Source: Anaerolineae bacterium (GTDB taxonomy: Bacteria > Chloroflexota > Anaerolineae > Anaerolineales > UBA11579). From it: a stretch of 64,000 nt of DNA. A program made the position numbers and the translations under genes. Under the pieces are notes generated by a model that was not told the DNA's origin, ran no database searches, and saw only the letters and a list, made by a program, of their open reading frames with translations. Positions within the stretch are counted from its first letter, which is position 1; every line of letters begins with the position of its first letter. Positions 10,823 through 18,982 of the stretch are shown here, in pieces. The DNA lies in the NCBI GenBank assembly GCA_004297445.1, contig SCUK01000025.1, positions 1,889-65,888 of the forward strand, given 5' to 3'.

Positions 10823-10851
10823 TTGACACAAATGCCCCACTTGGCTATAAT
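10823..10851 (+). promoter_or_regulatory. Consensus sigma70 promoter for rpmF
   Basis: TTGACA (10823-28), 17 nt, TATAAT (10846-51). Confidence 0.85.
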
Positions 10852-10918
10852 CCTCCAGTCCGTCAAACGGCGGGCTTTGTGTCTTGAAACCGCAATCATT
10901 AAACAAGGAACGTAGAAA

Positions 10919-11104
10919 ATGACGCCTCTTCCAAAACGAAAACTTAGCAAAGGCCGCCGCGACCGCCGCCGCGCCCATGACGCCCTTAAATCCCGCAACC
11001 TCGTGGCCTGCCCCAACTGCAACGAGATGCGCCTTCCGCACTGCATGTGCCCCACCTGCGGGTACTACAAAGGCCGCGAGATTAAGGCCATCGAACGCAA
11101 GTAA
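10919..11104 (+). CDS. rpmF: 50S ribosomal protein L32 (Zn-ribbon form)
   Basis: PKRKLSKGRRDRRRAH...CPNC...HCMCPTCGYY. Confidence 0.96.
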   Translation: MTPLPKRKLSKGRRDRRRAHDALKSRNLVACPNCNEMRLPHCMCPTCGYYKGREIKAIERK

Positions 11105-11108
11105 CCAG

Positions 11109-11137
11109 AGACCCGCAGAAATGCGGGTCTTTCATTT
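11109..11137 (+). terminator. Intrinsic terminator after rpmF
   Basis: AGACCCGCA-GAAA-TGCGGGTCT followed by TTCATTT. Confidence 0.7.
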
Positions 11138-11185
11138 AACGGCAATGCGCATCCCCCAACCGCCGCTCGTGTTATAACCGTCATT

Positions 11186-12139
11186 ATGAATCTGGACCCA
11201 AAAACCACCGCGTTTGTTTTCCCCGGACAGGGCTCGCAAAAAGTCGGTATGGGCAAGGAACTGGCCGCCCAATTCCCCCCAGCCCGAGAGGCCTTTGAGC
11301 AGGCGGACTCAATCCTCGGCCGCTCCCTTTCCTCCCTGAGCTGGGGCGGCCCGGAAGAGTCGCTCAACGAGACCACCAACACCCAACCCGCCCTTTTCGT
11401 CCATTCCATCGCCGCGCTGCGGGTCTTCCAATCGGAGTTTCCGGATTTCCAGCCGGCCTTCATGGCCGGGCATTCGCTGGGCGAACTCAGCGCTCTGGCC
11501 GCCGCTGCCGCCCTATCTTTTGAGGCCGGTTTACGCCTCGTCCAGCGCCGCGGCGAACTCATGAAGCGTGCCGGCGAAACCTCCCCCGGCGGCATGGCCG
11601 CAATCCTCGGGCTGGACATCGCCCAGGTGGATGCGATTTGCACATCGGCCAGCCAGGGCACTGAAACTGTCCAGGTCGCCAACGATAACTGCCCCGGCCA
11701 GATTGTCATCTCCGGCTATGCGCCAGCCGTAGACCGCGCCATAGAAGCTGCCAAAACCGCCGGTGCCCGCCGCGCCATGCCACTCGCCGTCAGTATCGCC
11801 GCCCACTCCAGCCTCATGGCCTCGGCCCAGGCAGACTTTTCAACCGCCGTTCAAGCCAGCGGCATCCGGAATCCCGCCGTCCCCGTCATTGGCAATGTTC
11901 ACGCCAAGCCGCTCGCTTCCGTGAACGATATCCAGGCAGACCTCGCGGCCCAACTCACCAGCCGCGTTCGCTGGACCGAAACCATCGAATACCTCAAAGC
12001 CCAGGGTGTCACCGCCTATGTAGAAATCGGCACGGGCAACGTCCTCGGTGGCCTCATCAAACGCATACACGCAGAGTCCAGTCGCTATGCCTTCGGTGAA
12101 CCCGCGGATATCGAATCTCTCCAGAAACCGGTCGAATAG
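11186..12139 (+). CDS. fabD: Malonyl-CoA:ACP transacylase
   Basis: FPGQGSQ, TQPAL, GHSLGE, ANDN.PGQ, VSIAAHS. Confidence 0.95.
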   Translation: MNLDPKTTAFVFPGQGSQKVGMGKELAAQFPPAREAFEQADSILGRSLSSLSWGGPEESLNETTNTQPALFVHSIAALRVFQSEFPDFQPAFMAGHSLGELSALAAAAALSFEAGLRLVQRRGELMKRAGETSPGGMAAILGLDIAQVDAICTSASQGTETVQVANDNCPGQIVISGYAPAVDRAIEAAKTAGARRAMPLAVSIAAHSSLMASAQADFSTAVQASGIRNPAVPVIGNVHAKPLASVNDIQADLAAQLTSRVRWTETIEYLKAQGVTAYVEIGTGNVLGGLIKRIHAESSRYAFGEPADIESLQKPVE

Positions 12140-12252
12140 CCATCCACAGGCAAAATCGTCCGAATTTACCCGGATCGGGTAGTCATTTGTCACTGAGATG
12201 CCATGGGGGACAGTTGGTATAATACCCATAACTCGAATGTTGAGGTGATTGC

Positions 12253-13005
12253 ATGTCCCAATCGTTGGAAGGCCGGGTGGCGGTTGTCACCGGCGGCTCC
12301 CGCGGCATCGGCAAGGCCATTGCGCTGTTACTGGCAGAACGCGGCGCAAATGTCCTCGTTAACTATGTCAGTTCATCAAAAGCCGCCGATGAGGTTGTAA
12401 GCGCCATTGAGAAATTGGGGCGCAAGGTTCTGGCTGTACAGGCCAATGTCGCCGAAGTGGAGGCTGCCAACAACCTGGTCAAGGCCGCCATTGACACCTT
12501 TGGGCAAATCGACATTCTGGTCAACAACGCCGGTATCACCCGGGACATGCTGATCATGATGATGTCAGAAGCCGATTGGGATGATGTGATTGATACCAAC
12601 CTCAAGGGTACGTTTAACTGCTCCAAGGCCGCCGTCCGCTCCATGATGCGCAAACGCTACGGTCGCATTATCAATATTTCATCTGTCTCTGGCCAGATAG
12701 GCAATGCCGGGCAGACCAACTACTCCGCTTCCAAAGCCGGGCAGATTGGCTTCACCAAGGCCCTCGCCCGCGAAGTAGCCGCGCGCAACATCACAGTCAA
12801 CGCCATTGCCGCCGGCTATGTGGATACAGAGATTTGGGCCAATGTGCCCCAGGAAGCTCAAGCCGCCATGCAGGGGATGATTCCGCTTGGTCGAGTTGGA
12901 CTTCCCGAAGACATCGCCTACGCCGTAGCTTTCCTCGCCAGCGAAGAAGCTGCCTACATCACCGGCCAGGTATTGGCCGTGGATGGCGGCATGGCGATGT
13001 TCTAG
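12253..13005 (+). CDS. fabG: 3-oxoacyl-ACP reductase
   Basis: TGGSRGIG, NNAGITRD, YSASK, VDGG. Confidence 0.95.
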   Translation: MSQSLEGRVAVVTGGSRGIGKAIALLLAERGANVLVNYVSSSKAADEVVSAIEKLGRKVLAVQANVAEVEAANNLVKAAIDTFGQIDILVNNAGITRDMLIMMMSEADWDDVIDTNLKGTFNCSKAAVRSMMRKRYGRIINISSVSGQIGNAGQTNYSASKAGQIGFTKALAREVAARNITVNAIAAGYVDTEIWANVPQEAQAAMQGMIPLGRVGLPEDIAYAVAFLASEEAAYITGQVLAVDGGMAMF

Positions 13006-13028
13006 GACGAAACAGGATACAAACTCGA

Positions 13029-13388
13029 ATGACCATCTCTGAAAGTACACGCCCGCCCGGCAAAACCACCATCGCCCCGGATGTCCTGTTGGACATTGCC
13101 CGCCTGACCACCCTGGGGATTACCGGAGTCAGCCAACTAGCCACTTCGCAGGCAATGGCGCGGCTTTTCCAGGGCGGGCATCAAAGCAGCGGGGTGCGCG
13201 TGTTAATCGATGACAACCGTGTTGATGTCGATATTCGCGTCATACTCTTTCCAGACCACAACTTGCGGCAGGTCAGCCGCGATATCCAGAACAGCGTGGC
13301 CCGCGCCATCAACGATATGGTCGGCATGGAAATCGGCCGGGTCAACATCCACATCGAAGATATCGACTACGGAATCCAGGAGTCCTGA
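13029..13388 (+). CDS. Asp23/Gls24 family protein
   Basis: GKTTIAPDVL..IA...VNIHIEDI pattern; usual position upstream of nusB. Confidence 0.85.
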   Translation: MTISESTRPPGKTTIAPDVLLDIARLTTLGITGVSQLATSQAMARLFQGGHQSSGVRVLIDDNRVDVDIRVILFPDHNLRQVSRDIQNSVARAINDMVGMEIGRVNIHIEDIDYGIQES

Positions 13389-13398
13389 ACCCGCCGCT

Positions 13399-13887
13399 AT
13401 GAAATCCCGTACCAAGGCACGCAGCGTTGCCTTGCAGGCACTTTACGAAATCGATCTAACCGAACATGCTGTTGGCCAGGTTCTGCAGGAACGCCTGGCC
13501 GACACGCCTCTGGAAGACCGGCTGGATGAGTTCACGCGTGCCATCGTGGTCGGGGTCTTCCCCTTGCGCGAAATCCTGGATCATCATCTGGCAGAACACG
13601 CGCCGGAATGGCCCATCGATCAAATCTCCATCATTGACCGCAATCTATTGAGAATTGCCCTCTGGGAGTTTGCCGTTAGCAACGAGACCCCGGTTAAGGT
13701 AGCCATCAATGAGGCTGTAGAGCTGGCAAAGGTATACGGTACCGATAGTTCGCCGCGCTTCGTGAATGGCGTCCTGGGCAGTCTTGCCGCAAAGGAACAC
13801 GAATTGCGTCAGGACTTGCTCGATGCCATTGCCAAACTACCACAGACCACGGACCGGGTAGATCTGCCGCCCGATATGGGAGAGTGA
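13399..13887 (+). CDS. nusB: Transcription antitermination factor NusB
   Basis: RTKARSVALQALY, IDRNLLRIA, INEAVELAK.YG, FVNGVL. Confidence 0.95.
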   Translation: MKSRTKARSVALQALYEIDLTEHAVGQVLQERLADTPLEDRLDEFTRAIVVGVFPLREILDHHLAEHAPEWPIDQISIIDRNLLRIALWEFAVSNETPVKVAINEAVELAKVYGTDSSPRFVNGVLGSLAAKEHELRQDLLDAIAKLPQTTDRVDLPPDMGE

Positions 13888-13888
13888 T

Positions 13889-14284
13889 ATGGATTTTCTA
13901 GGAGTTGGTGTTCCTGAAATCCTGGTTATTGTCGTCCTCGCGCTCATCATTATCGGACCGCGCGAGATGGTGAAGGTGAGTCGTACGATTGGCGAGTTCC
14001 TCCGCAAAGTGATGACCAGTGATGCCTGGCGTGCGGTACAACGCGCTTCTCAGGAAATGCGTACGTTGCCGAATCGATTGGCGCGCGAGTCCGGGCTTCA
14101 GGACATCCAGCGGGAACTCGGCGACACCAACCGGGCAATGAAACCCATCAGTTCACCCACCCCAACCAATCAAGCCGCAGGTTTCGGGGAAGAGGTCAAG
14201 TTGGACGCGTGGGTCAACAAACCTGAAAACAATCCTCCAGTGGACTCAAACAACTCCGGGATAGCTGAGACTAAAGAAGGCTGA
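13889..14284 (+). CDS. tatB: TatA/TatB family translocase subunit
   Basis: FLGVGVPEILVIVVLALIIIGP N-terminal helix, amphipathic helix, adjacent to tatC. Confidence 0.8.
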   Translation: MDFLGVGVPEILVIVVLALIIIGPREMVKVSRTIGEFLRKVMTSDAWRAVQRASQEMRTLPNRLARESGLQDIQRELGDTNRAMKPISSPTPTNQAAGFGEEVKLDAWVNKPENNPPVDSNNSGIAETKEG

Positions 14285-14285
14285 C

Positions 14286-15197
14286 GTGAAGCGTTTTCGA
14301 ACATGGGTATGGCGAGTGCTGACCGCCCCCTTCCGCTGGCTGGGGCGCGGGCTTCGGTTTCTGGCGCTCCGCTCACCCCTTCGGGAATTCTTCATTCCTG
14401 AAGAAGAAGATACCCCGATTCTGGATACCATCAGCCGCGCCGCCCAACAACCCGGCGACTTCCTTTCCGGCCTGATCGTTCACCTGGACGCGCTTCGCAA
14501 GCACCTGCTTCGGATAGTCCTGGCTCTTGTCTTCACTTCATCAATTGCACTTGTCTTCATGAACCAGATTCTGGGCTGGCTGGCCGCGCCCATCGGCGGA
14601 ATCGGGTCGCTTCAGGCGATTGAAGTCACGGAACCGGTTAGCGTCGTCATGCGCGTGGCCTTACTGATTGGCTTTACCGCCGCCCTCCCCTACATCGTCT
14701 TTGAGGTACTGCGGTTCATGGCCCCCGGCCTGTCAATGCGGGCACGCTGGTTCGGCCTGGCGGCCATCCCCGTCGTCACGCTCTTTTTCCTGGGCGGTAT
14801 GGCCTTTACCTATTACTATATGCTGGACCCCGCTCTGGATGTGTTGCTGAACTTCTTCGGCATTACCACCGTCGCCCGACCTGCCTCTTACATAAAGTTT
14901 GTCACCGGCCTGATGTTCTGGATCGGCATCTGCTTTGAATTCCCGATCGTTTCCTATGTCCTATCTGCAATGGGTATTCTGAAAGCCCGCATGCTACGGG
15001 AAAACTGGCGTGTGGCATTCATCTTGCTCACCGTATTGGCAGCGATGATTACGCCAACGGTCGACCCGTTGAACATGATGATCGTCCTACTTCCTCTATG
15101 GATACTTTACGGCTTAAGCATCTTCATGGCAGCGCTCGGTGGGTTGGGCCACACGCGCCGCCAACAACGGCTGGGCAATCCGGAACTCCAATCCTGA
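14286..15197 (+). CDS. tatC: Twin-arginine translocase TatC
   Basis: HLDALRKHL, F.APGL, FEFP, AMITPT.DP; multiple TM helices. Confidence 0.92.
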   Translation: MKRFRTWVWRVLTAPFRWLGRGLRFLALRSPLREFFIPEEEDTPILDTISRAAQQPGDFLSGLIVHLDALRKHLLRIVLALVFTSSIALVFMNQILGWLAAPIGGIGSLQAIEVTEPVSVVMRVALLIGFTAALPYIVFEVLRFMAPGLSMRARWFGLAAIPVVTLFFLGGMAFTYYYMLDPALDVLLNFFGITTVARPASYIKFVTGLMFWIGICFEFPIVSYVLSAMGILKARMLRENWRVAFILLTVLAAMITPTVDPLNMMIVLLPLWILYGLSIFMAALGGLGHTRRQQRLGNPELQS

Positions 15198-15205
15198 ACC
15201 GGCTC

Positions 15206-17704
15206 ATGTCAAAGGGGAACCAGACTTCCGCTTCACTCAAATCCCTGGCAATACTCTGGGTCACTCTCGCCCTTTTTCTTCAAGCATGTGGGGTGCAGCT
15301 CGCTGCAGCCCCCGGCCCCGAGACATCCGATTCGGGCGATGCCCAACCCGCCCCCGCAGAAGATAACGATTCGGTCCAGGTTACGGATATCTTTATCTGG
15401 GTACAAGTTCCCGCCAATTCCCCGGCCGGTCATGCCATCTACATCGAAGTTGTCGATGAAGTAACCGGTCTGCCGTTCAATGCGGAGCGCACAGAACTCC
15501 GCTCGGTCGATGCCACTCACTATGGGGTCGCAATGCGAGTCCCAGTGGGGACAGTCCTTAAATACCGCTACCTCCGAATCGATGCCGGCGGAGGGGTAAC
15601 GCCCGAAACCACCCTGCCGGGTGAGCCGGTCCGCTATCGCGTGTTTCTGGTAGACGGGCCGGGTGAAGTACATGACCTCGTCGCTCGCTGGGCAGATACA
15701 GCCTCAGATGATTTATCCGGGCGCATCACCGGCATCGCCCTCGACGTCGATACCCTGGAACCAATTCCCAACCTGCTGGTCTTTGCTGCGGGCCAGCAAA
15801 CCCTCACCCTTTCGGATGGCTCCTTTAGATTTCACAACATTCCGCCAGGAGTACACCTTATCTCAGCCATCAGCATGGATGGCTCTTACCAGACTTATAA
15901 ACAGAATGCAAAAGTGGCTGCCGAGGCCACGACTCCTGCAACTCTTCAATTACAGGCGGCTGAATTGGTAAGAGTGTCCTTCGTTGTCGACGTTCCGGAA
16001 AGCATGTTGCCAGCCACGCCGCTGCGGCTTGCAGGCAACCTGGCCCAATTAGGGAATTCCTTCGCCGAGCTTGGCGGCGGCATCAGCGGTTTCGCTGGCA
16101 CCATGCCGGTTCTAGAACAAACGGATGACCACGAGTATTCCATCACCCTGATGCTTCCCGCCCAGGTAGAGATCTTATACAAATACACGCTGGGGGATGG
16201 ATTCTGGAACGCGGAACATGCCGCGGATCTGGATTTTTTGGTAAGGCGTCTCTACATCCCCCGTTCCCAGGGCAATCTGCGCGTGGAAGACCGCATTCTG
16301 ACCTTCCAGGCAGGCAGCGGTGCACCGGCATGGTTTGACGCCAACCTGACAGCCTTTATGCCTCCCGGAGACACGCTTTCAATCCAGTTCAAATTAAGCG
16401 AATGGATGTCCCCAATCCCCATGTGGCCGGTCGCGGAATCCCGATGGGCGTTTCAAATAATAAGCCCCACCCAGATTGGCGGCGACCTGGTCTATCGCTA
16501 CTGCCGCAGCAACCTCTGCGGCGAAGACTATACGATTTCGACCGAATTGGACCCCGCGACGCGAGTTACAGCAATTGGGGGCGAAGAGACCAGTGTGCAG
16601 GTAGACCATATCGCGAACTGGCAGGAAATGAGCGCCCCAGCATTCGCCGTCACGGTGCTGGACAATCCTGTGGTTTCCCGTGGTCAGGACTTCATTGCCG
16701 GCATCATGTTTTCGCCTGGCTACAGCCCGCTATGGGCGGAGCGTACCGACAACGCGCTCACCGAAATAAGCCGGCTCAACGCCAATACACTGGTGCTCCG
16801 CCCGACCTGGGGTGCAAGCAACGACGGTCTCCCCGCGTTTCAGCCTGAAATAGGGCGCGATGCAGATTGGAGCTATCTGGTCCTCCAGATTCGAGCTGCC
16901 CACGACAAAGGGTTGCGGGTAGCTATTGCGCCGCAACTCCGCTTTAACCCTGTGGGCCCAAAGTGGTGGAGCCAGACTCCGAGAGATGGAGAATGGTGGG
17001 GAAATTGGTGGGAGCAATGCCGGGCGTTTGTCTTACATTTCGCCGACCTCGCCGAGCAGGAACAGGCGGAATTCCTTATGCTCGATGGAAGTCAGGTCGC
17101 CGAGGCGCTGCCGGGTGCCTTTCCGGATTCCCCGGCAGACGCAAATGCCCGCTGGCTTGAGCTCATCGAAGATGTTCGAACTCGCTACACCGGGCAACTC
17201 GCCTGGAACCTGCCATTCGATGCAGTAGATCAGGTGCCAGCATTCCTATCCTCTCTGGATATGCTTTCTGTGGAGTGGGGAGCCTCGCTGGGAACCTGGG
17301 AAGGCACGACGCTGGCCGAGATGCAATCCCGATCTCAGGTATTGCTTGAAGACGAGGTACGGCCGCTTAAGGAGCGGTTTGAGCTTCCGGTCGTCCTGCT
17401 CATTTCTTACCCCTCCGCCGAAGGGGGACTCACCGGCTGCGTGGCAGGCAATGACGGATGCGTTCCTCTGCACCTCCTCGAACCCGGCCAACCGCCCCCG
17501 GATTTCGTGACGCTTGACCTCGTCGAGCAGATGGAAGTCTACAACGCGCTACTGGCGGCTGTAAATGAAACACCGTGGCTGGACGGCGTGATAAGTGAGG
17601 GATTTTTCCCGCCCTCCGGCCTTTTGGATAAATCAACTTCCATACATGGCAAACCCGCGGCAGAAGTCCTGCGCTATTGGTTCGGCCGGTTGCTGGGGCA
17701 ATAG
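15206..17704 (+). CDS. Lipoprotein with CBM20-like modules, a carboxypeptidase-regulatory-like domain and a C-terminal GH113-like TIM barrel
   Basis: Lipobox FLQAC; LKYRY, LAGN..QLGN, YKYTLG (CBM20-like); IRAAHDKGLRVAIAPQ, W.ELIEDVR.RYTG.L, GKPAAEVL. Confidence 0.6.
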   Translation: MSKGNQTSASLKSLAILWVTLALFLQACGVQLAAAPGPETSDSGDAQPAPAEDNDSVQVTDIFIWVQVPANSPAGHAIYIEVVDEVTGLPFNAERTELRSVDATHYGVAMRVPVGTVLKYRYLRIDAGGGVTPETTLPGEPVRYRVFLVDGPGEVHDLVARWADTASDDLSGRITGIALDVDTLEPIPNLLVFAAGQQTLTLSDGSFRFHNIPPGVHLISAISMDGSYQTYKQNAKVAAEATTPATLQLQAAELVRVSFVVDVPESMLPATPLRLAGNLAQLGNSFAELGGGISGFAGTMPVLEQTDDHEYSITLMLPAQVEILYKYTLGDGFWNAEHAADLDFLVRRLYIPRSQGNLRVEDRILTFQAGSGAPAWFDANLTAFMPPGDTLSIQFKLSEWMSPIPMWPVAESRWAFQIISPTQIGGDLVYRYCRSNLCGEDYTISTELDPATRVTAIGGEETSVQVDHIANWQEMSAPAFAVTVLDNPVVSRGQDFIAGIMFSPGYSPLWAERTDNALTEISRLNANTLVLRPTWGASNDGLPAFQPEIGRDADWSYLVLQIRAAHDKGLRVAIAPQLRFNPVGPKWWSQTPRDGEWWGNWWEQCRAFVLHFADLAEQEQAEFLMLDGSQVAEALPGAFPDSPADANARWLELIEDVRTRYTGQLAWNLPFDAVDQVPAFLSSLDMLSVEWGASLGTWEGTTLAEMQSRSQVLLEDEVRPLKERFELPVVLLISYPSAEGGLTGCVAGNDGCVPLHLLEPGQPPPDFVTLDLVEQMEVYNALLAAVNETPWLDGVISEGFFPPSGLLDKSTSIHGKPAAEVLRYWFGRLLGQ

Positions 17705-17753
17705 ACACAGTTTTATCGTCAGGAATTCATGCTGTTGGGGGCAAACCAACCGG

Positions 17754-18010
17754 TATGCTATAATTGACTTAATGTGACAACTCCGTCGCCTAAAGGCAGA
17801 CGGCTTCTTGGGCAACGCATGATGCAACCATCTACGTTATCGCCCAACGGCTGTGTCCCAGCCGAAAAGTGTTTTGGCTATCAGCCTGACCTGTCGCCGC
17901 CTGTCCCTTATAGACTTGTACGGCATAGCCAGCACTTTATCACTCAACAGATTTTACGTCACAAGAGATTCGCTGTGACAACCTTATACCTATTCGTTTG
18001 TAAAAGTGCT
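17754..18010 (-). ncRNA. Putative TnpB omega/reRNA-like RNA (scaffold plus ~20-nt flanking guide)
   Basis: TG-A-TATAGT at 18025-18017 on minus strand; 5' long hairpin; tnpB 3'-end-like remnant NTFRLGHSRWAIT* (17873-17832); right-end hairpin and TCAC. Confidence 0.45.
17756..17764 (+). promoter_or_regulatory. Extended -10 promoter, probably the native promoter of the DUF948-YtxH pair
   Basis: TGCTATAAT, 9 nt before the element boundary at 17774. Confidence 0.65.
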
Positions 18011-18080
18011 AGTCTAACTATATCACCAACGGAGGCAAGCGGCTTCCCCTGTCGCCTGAAGACGACAGTCCCCGCCGCTA
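17774..18080 (-). mobile_element. Non-autonomous IS200/IS605-family derivative (MITE/PATE-like), no tnpA or intact tnpB
   Basis: Minus strand starts GCGGCGGGGACTGTCGTCTTCAGGCGACAGGGGAAGCCGC (left-end hairpin) and ends CCCAAGAAGCCGTCTGCCTTTAGGCGACGGAGTTGTCAC (right-end hairpin + TCAC); left boundary uncertain by a few nt. Confidence 0.72.
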
Positions 18081-18086
18081 ATTTTT

Positions 18087-18521
18087 ATGGAAAAAAGTAG
18101 TGCGCCCATGCTTTCGTCAGAAGAATTGCGCAAACAGCGCTTGTTGACGCTTGGCCTTTCAGTCAGCGCAATCTTGTTCGTTGGGCTGCTGGTTGCCGCA
18201 GTCTGGGGCATGCTGGCAAATCCGGAGTTCACCGCAACTCTCAAAGATATCACCGTGATCGCGGTCGCGGTGATGCTGGTCCTGATTGCTTTCACCCTCG
18301 TTATCCTGGTGATTCAGTTGGCCCGGTTGGCCAACATGGTTCAAAATGAGGTACGCCCGCTGCTGGACTCTGCCAACGACGCGGTGAACACCGTGCGCGG
18401 GACAGCGGAGTTTCTTAGCGAGAACCTGAGTGAGCCGGTAATAAAATTGAATAGCTATCTGTCCGGTGTCCGCAAATTGCTTGACACCTTTGATGTATTG
18501 AAGAAGCCGTTTCAGAAATAG
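18087..18521 (+). CDS. DUF948-like membrane protein
   Basis: Two TM helices then amphipathic/coiled segment; paired with YtxH. Confidence 0.65.
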   Translation: MEKSSAPMLSSEELRKQRLLTLGLSVSAILFVGLLVAAVWGMLANPEFTATLKDITVIAVAVMLVLIAFTLVILVIQLARLANMVQNEVRPLLDSANDAVNTVRGTAEFLSENLSEPVIKLNSYLSGVRKLLDTFDVLKKPFQK

Positions 18522-18536
18522 CAAAGGAGAAAAACC

Positions 18537-18938
18537 ATGTCTGAACGCGACGGAGATTTAGGAAGTTTCTTGTCAGGTTTTGTGATTGGCGGGCTGATTG
18601 GCGCCGCGGTTGCCTTGCTGATGGCTCCGCAGTCTGGCGAAGAAACCCGCGAGATGCTGATGGAAAAGGGCACCGAACTGCGCGACAAGACCGTGCATGC
18701 CGCCGAAGATGCTTACCATCGGGCAGAGGCAGCGGCAACTGAAGCGCGCGCCCGCGCCGACGAGCTGGCAAAGATCGCCCGCCAGCGCGCCGATGAGTTC
18801 AAAGCCCGCGGGCAGGTGGTCCTTGAAGAACAGAAGACCCGCCTGGAAAACGTGATAGAAGCCGCAAAGGCCCCGGCGAAGAAGGATGGCGGCAAGAAGG
18901 CAGCCGCCCCCGATGCCCCCGCAGAAGGCACAAGCTAG
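18537..18938 (+). CDS. YtxH domain protein
   Basis: FLSGFVIGGLIGAAVALLMAPQSGEETR signature; AAGGAG RBS. Confidence 0.9.
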   Translation: MSERDGDLGSFLSGFVIGGLIGAAVALLMAPQSGEETREMLMEKGTELRDKTVHAAEDAYHRAEAAATEARARADELAKIARQRADEFKARGQVVLEEQKTRLENVIEAAKAPAKKDGGKKAAAPDAPAEGTS

Positions 18939-18946
18939 AACATAAG

Positions 18947-18980
18947 AAAACAAGTCGCCCCGAATGGGGCGACTTGTTTT
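18947..18980. terminator. Bidirectional intrinsic terminator
   Basis: AAAACAAGTCGCCCC-GAAT-GGGGCGACTTGTTTT between convergent genes. Confidence 0.85.
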
Positions 18981-18982
18981 CT

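Noticed and set aside
9575-11041. 488-aa minus-strand ORF (and similar ones at 8492-9439, 37297-38403, 52584-53900)
   Set aside because: Antisense shadows of well-supported genes in GC-rich DNA
17774-18100. 108-aa plus-strand ORF spanning the intergenic element
   Set aside because: No RBS or recognisable motifs; coincides with the hairpin-bounded element, so better explained as non-coding
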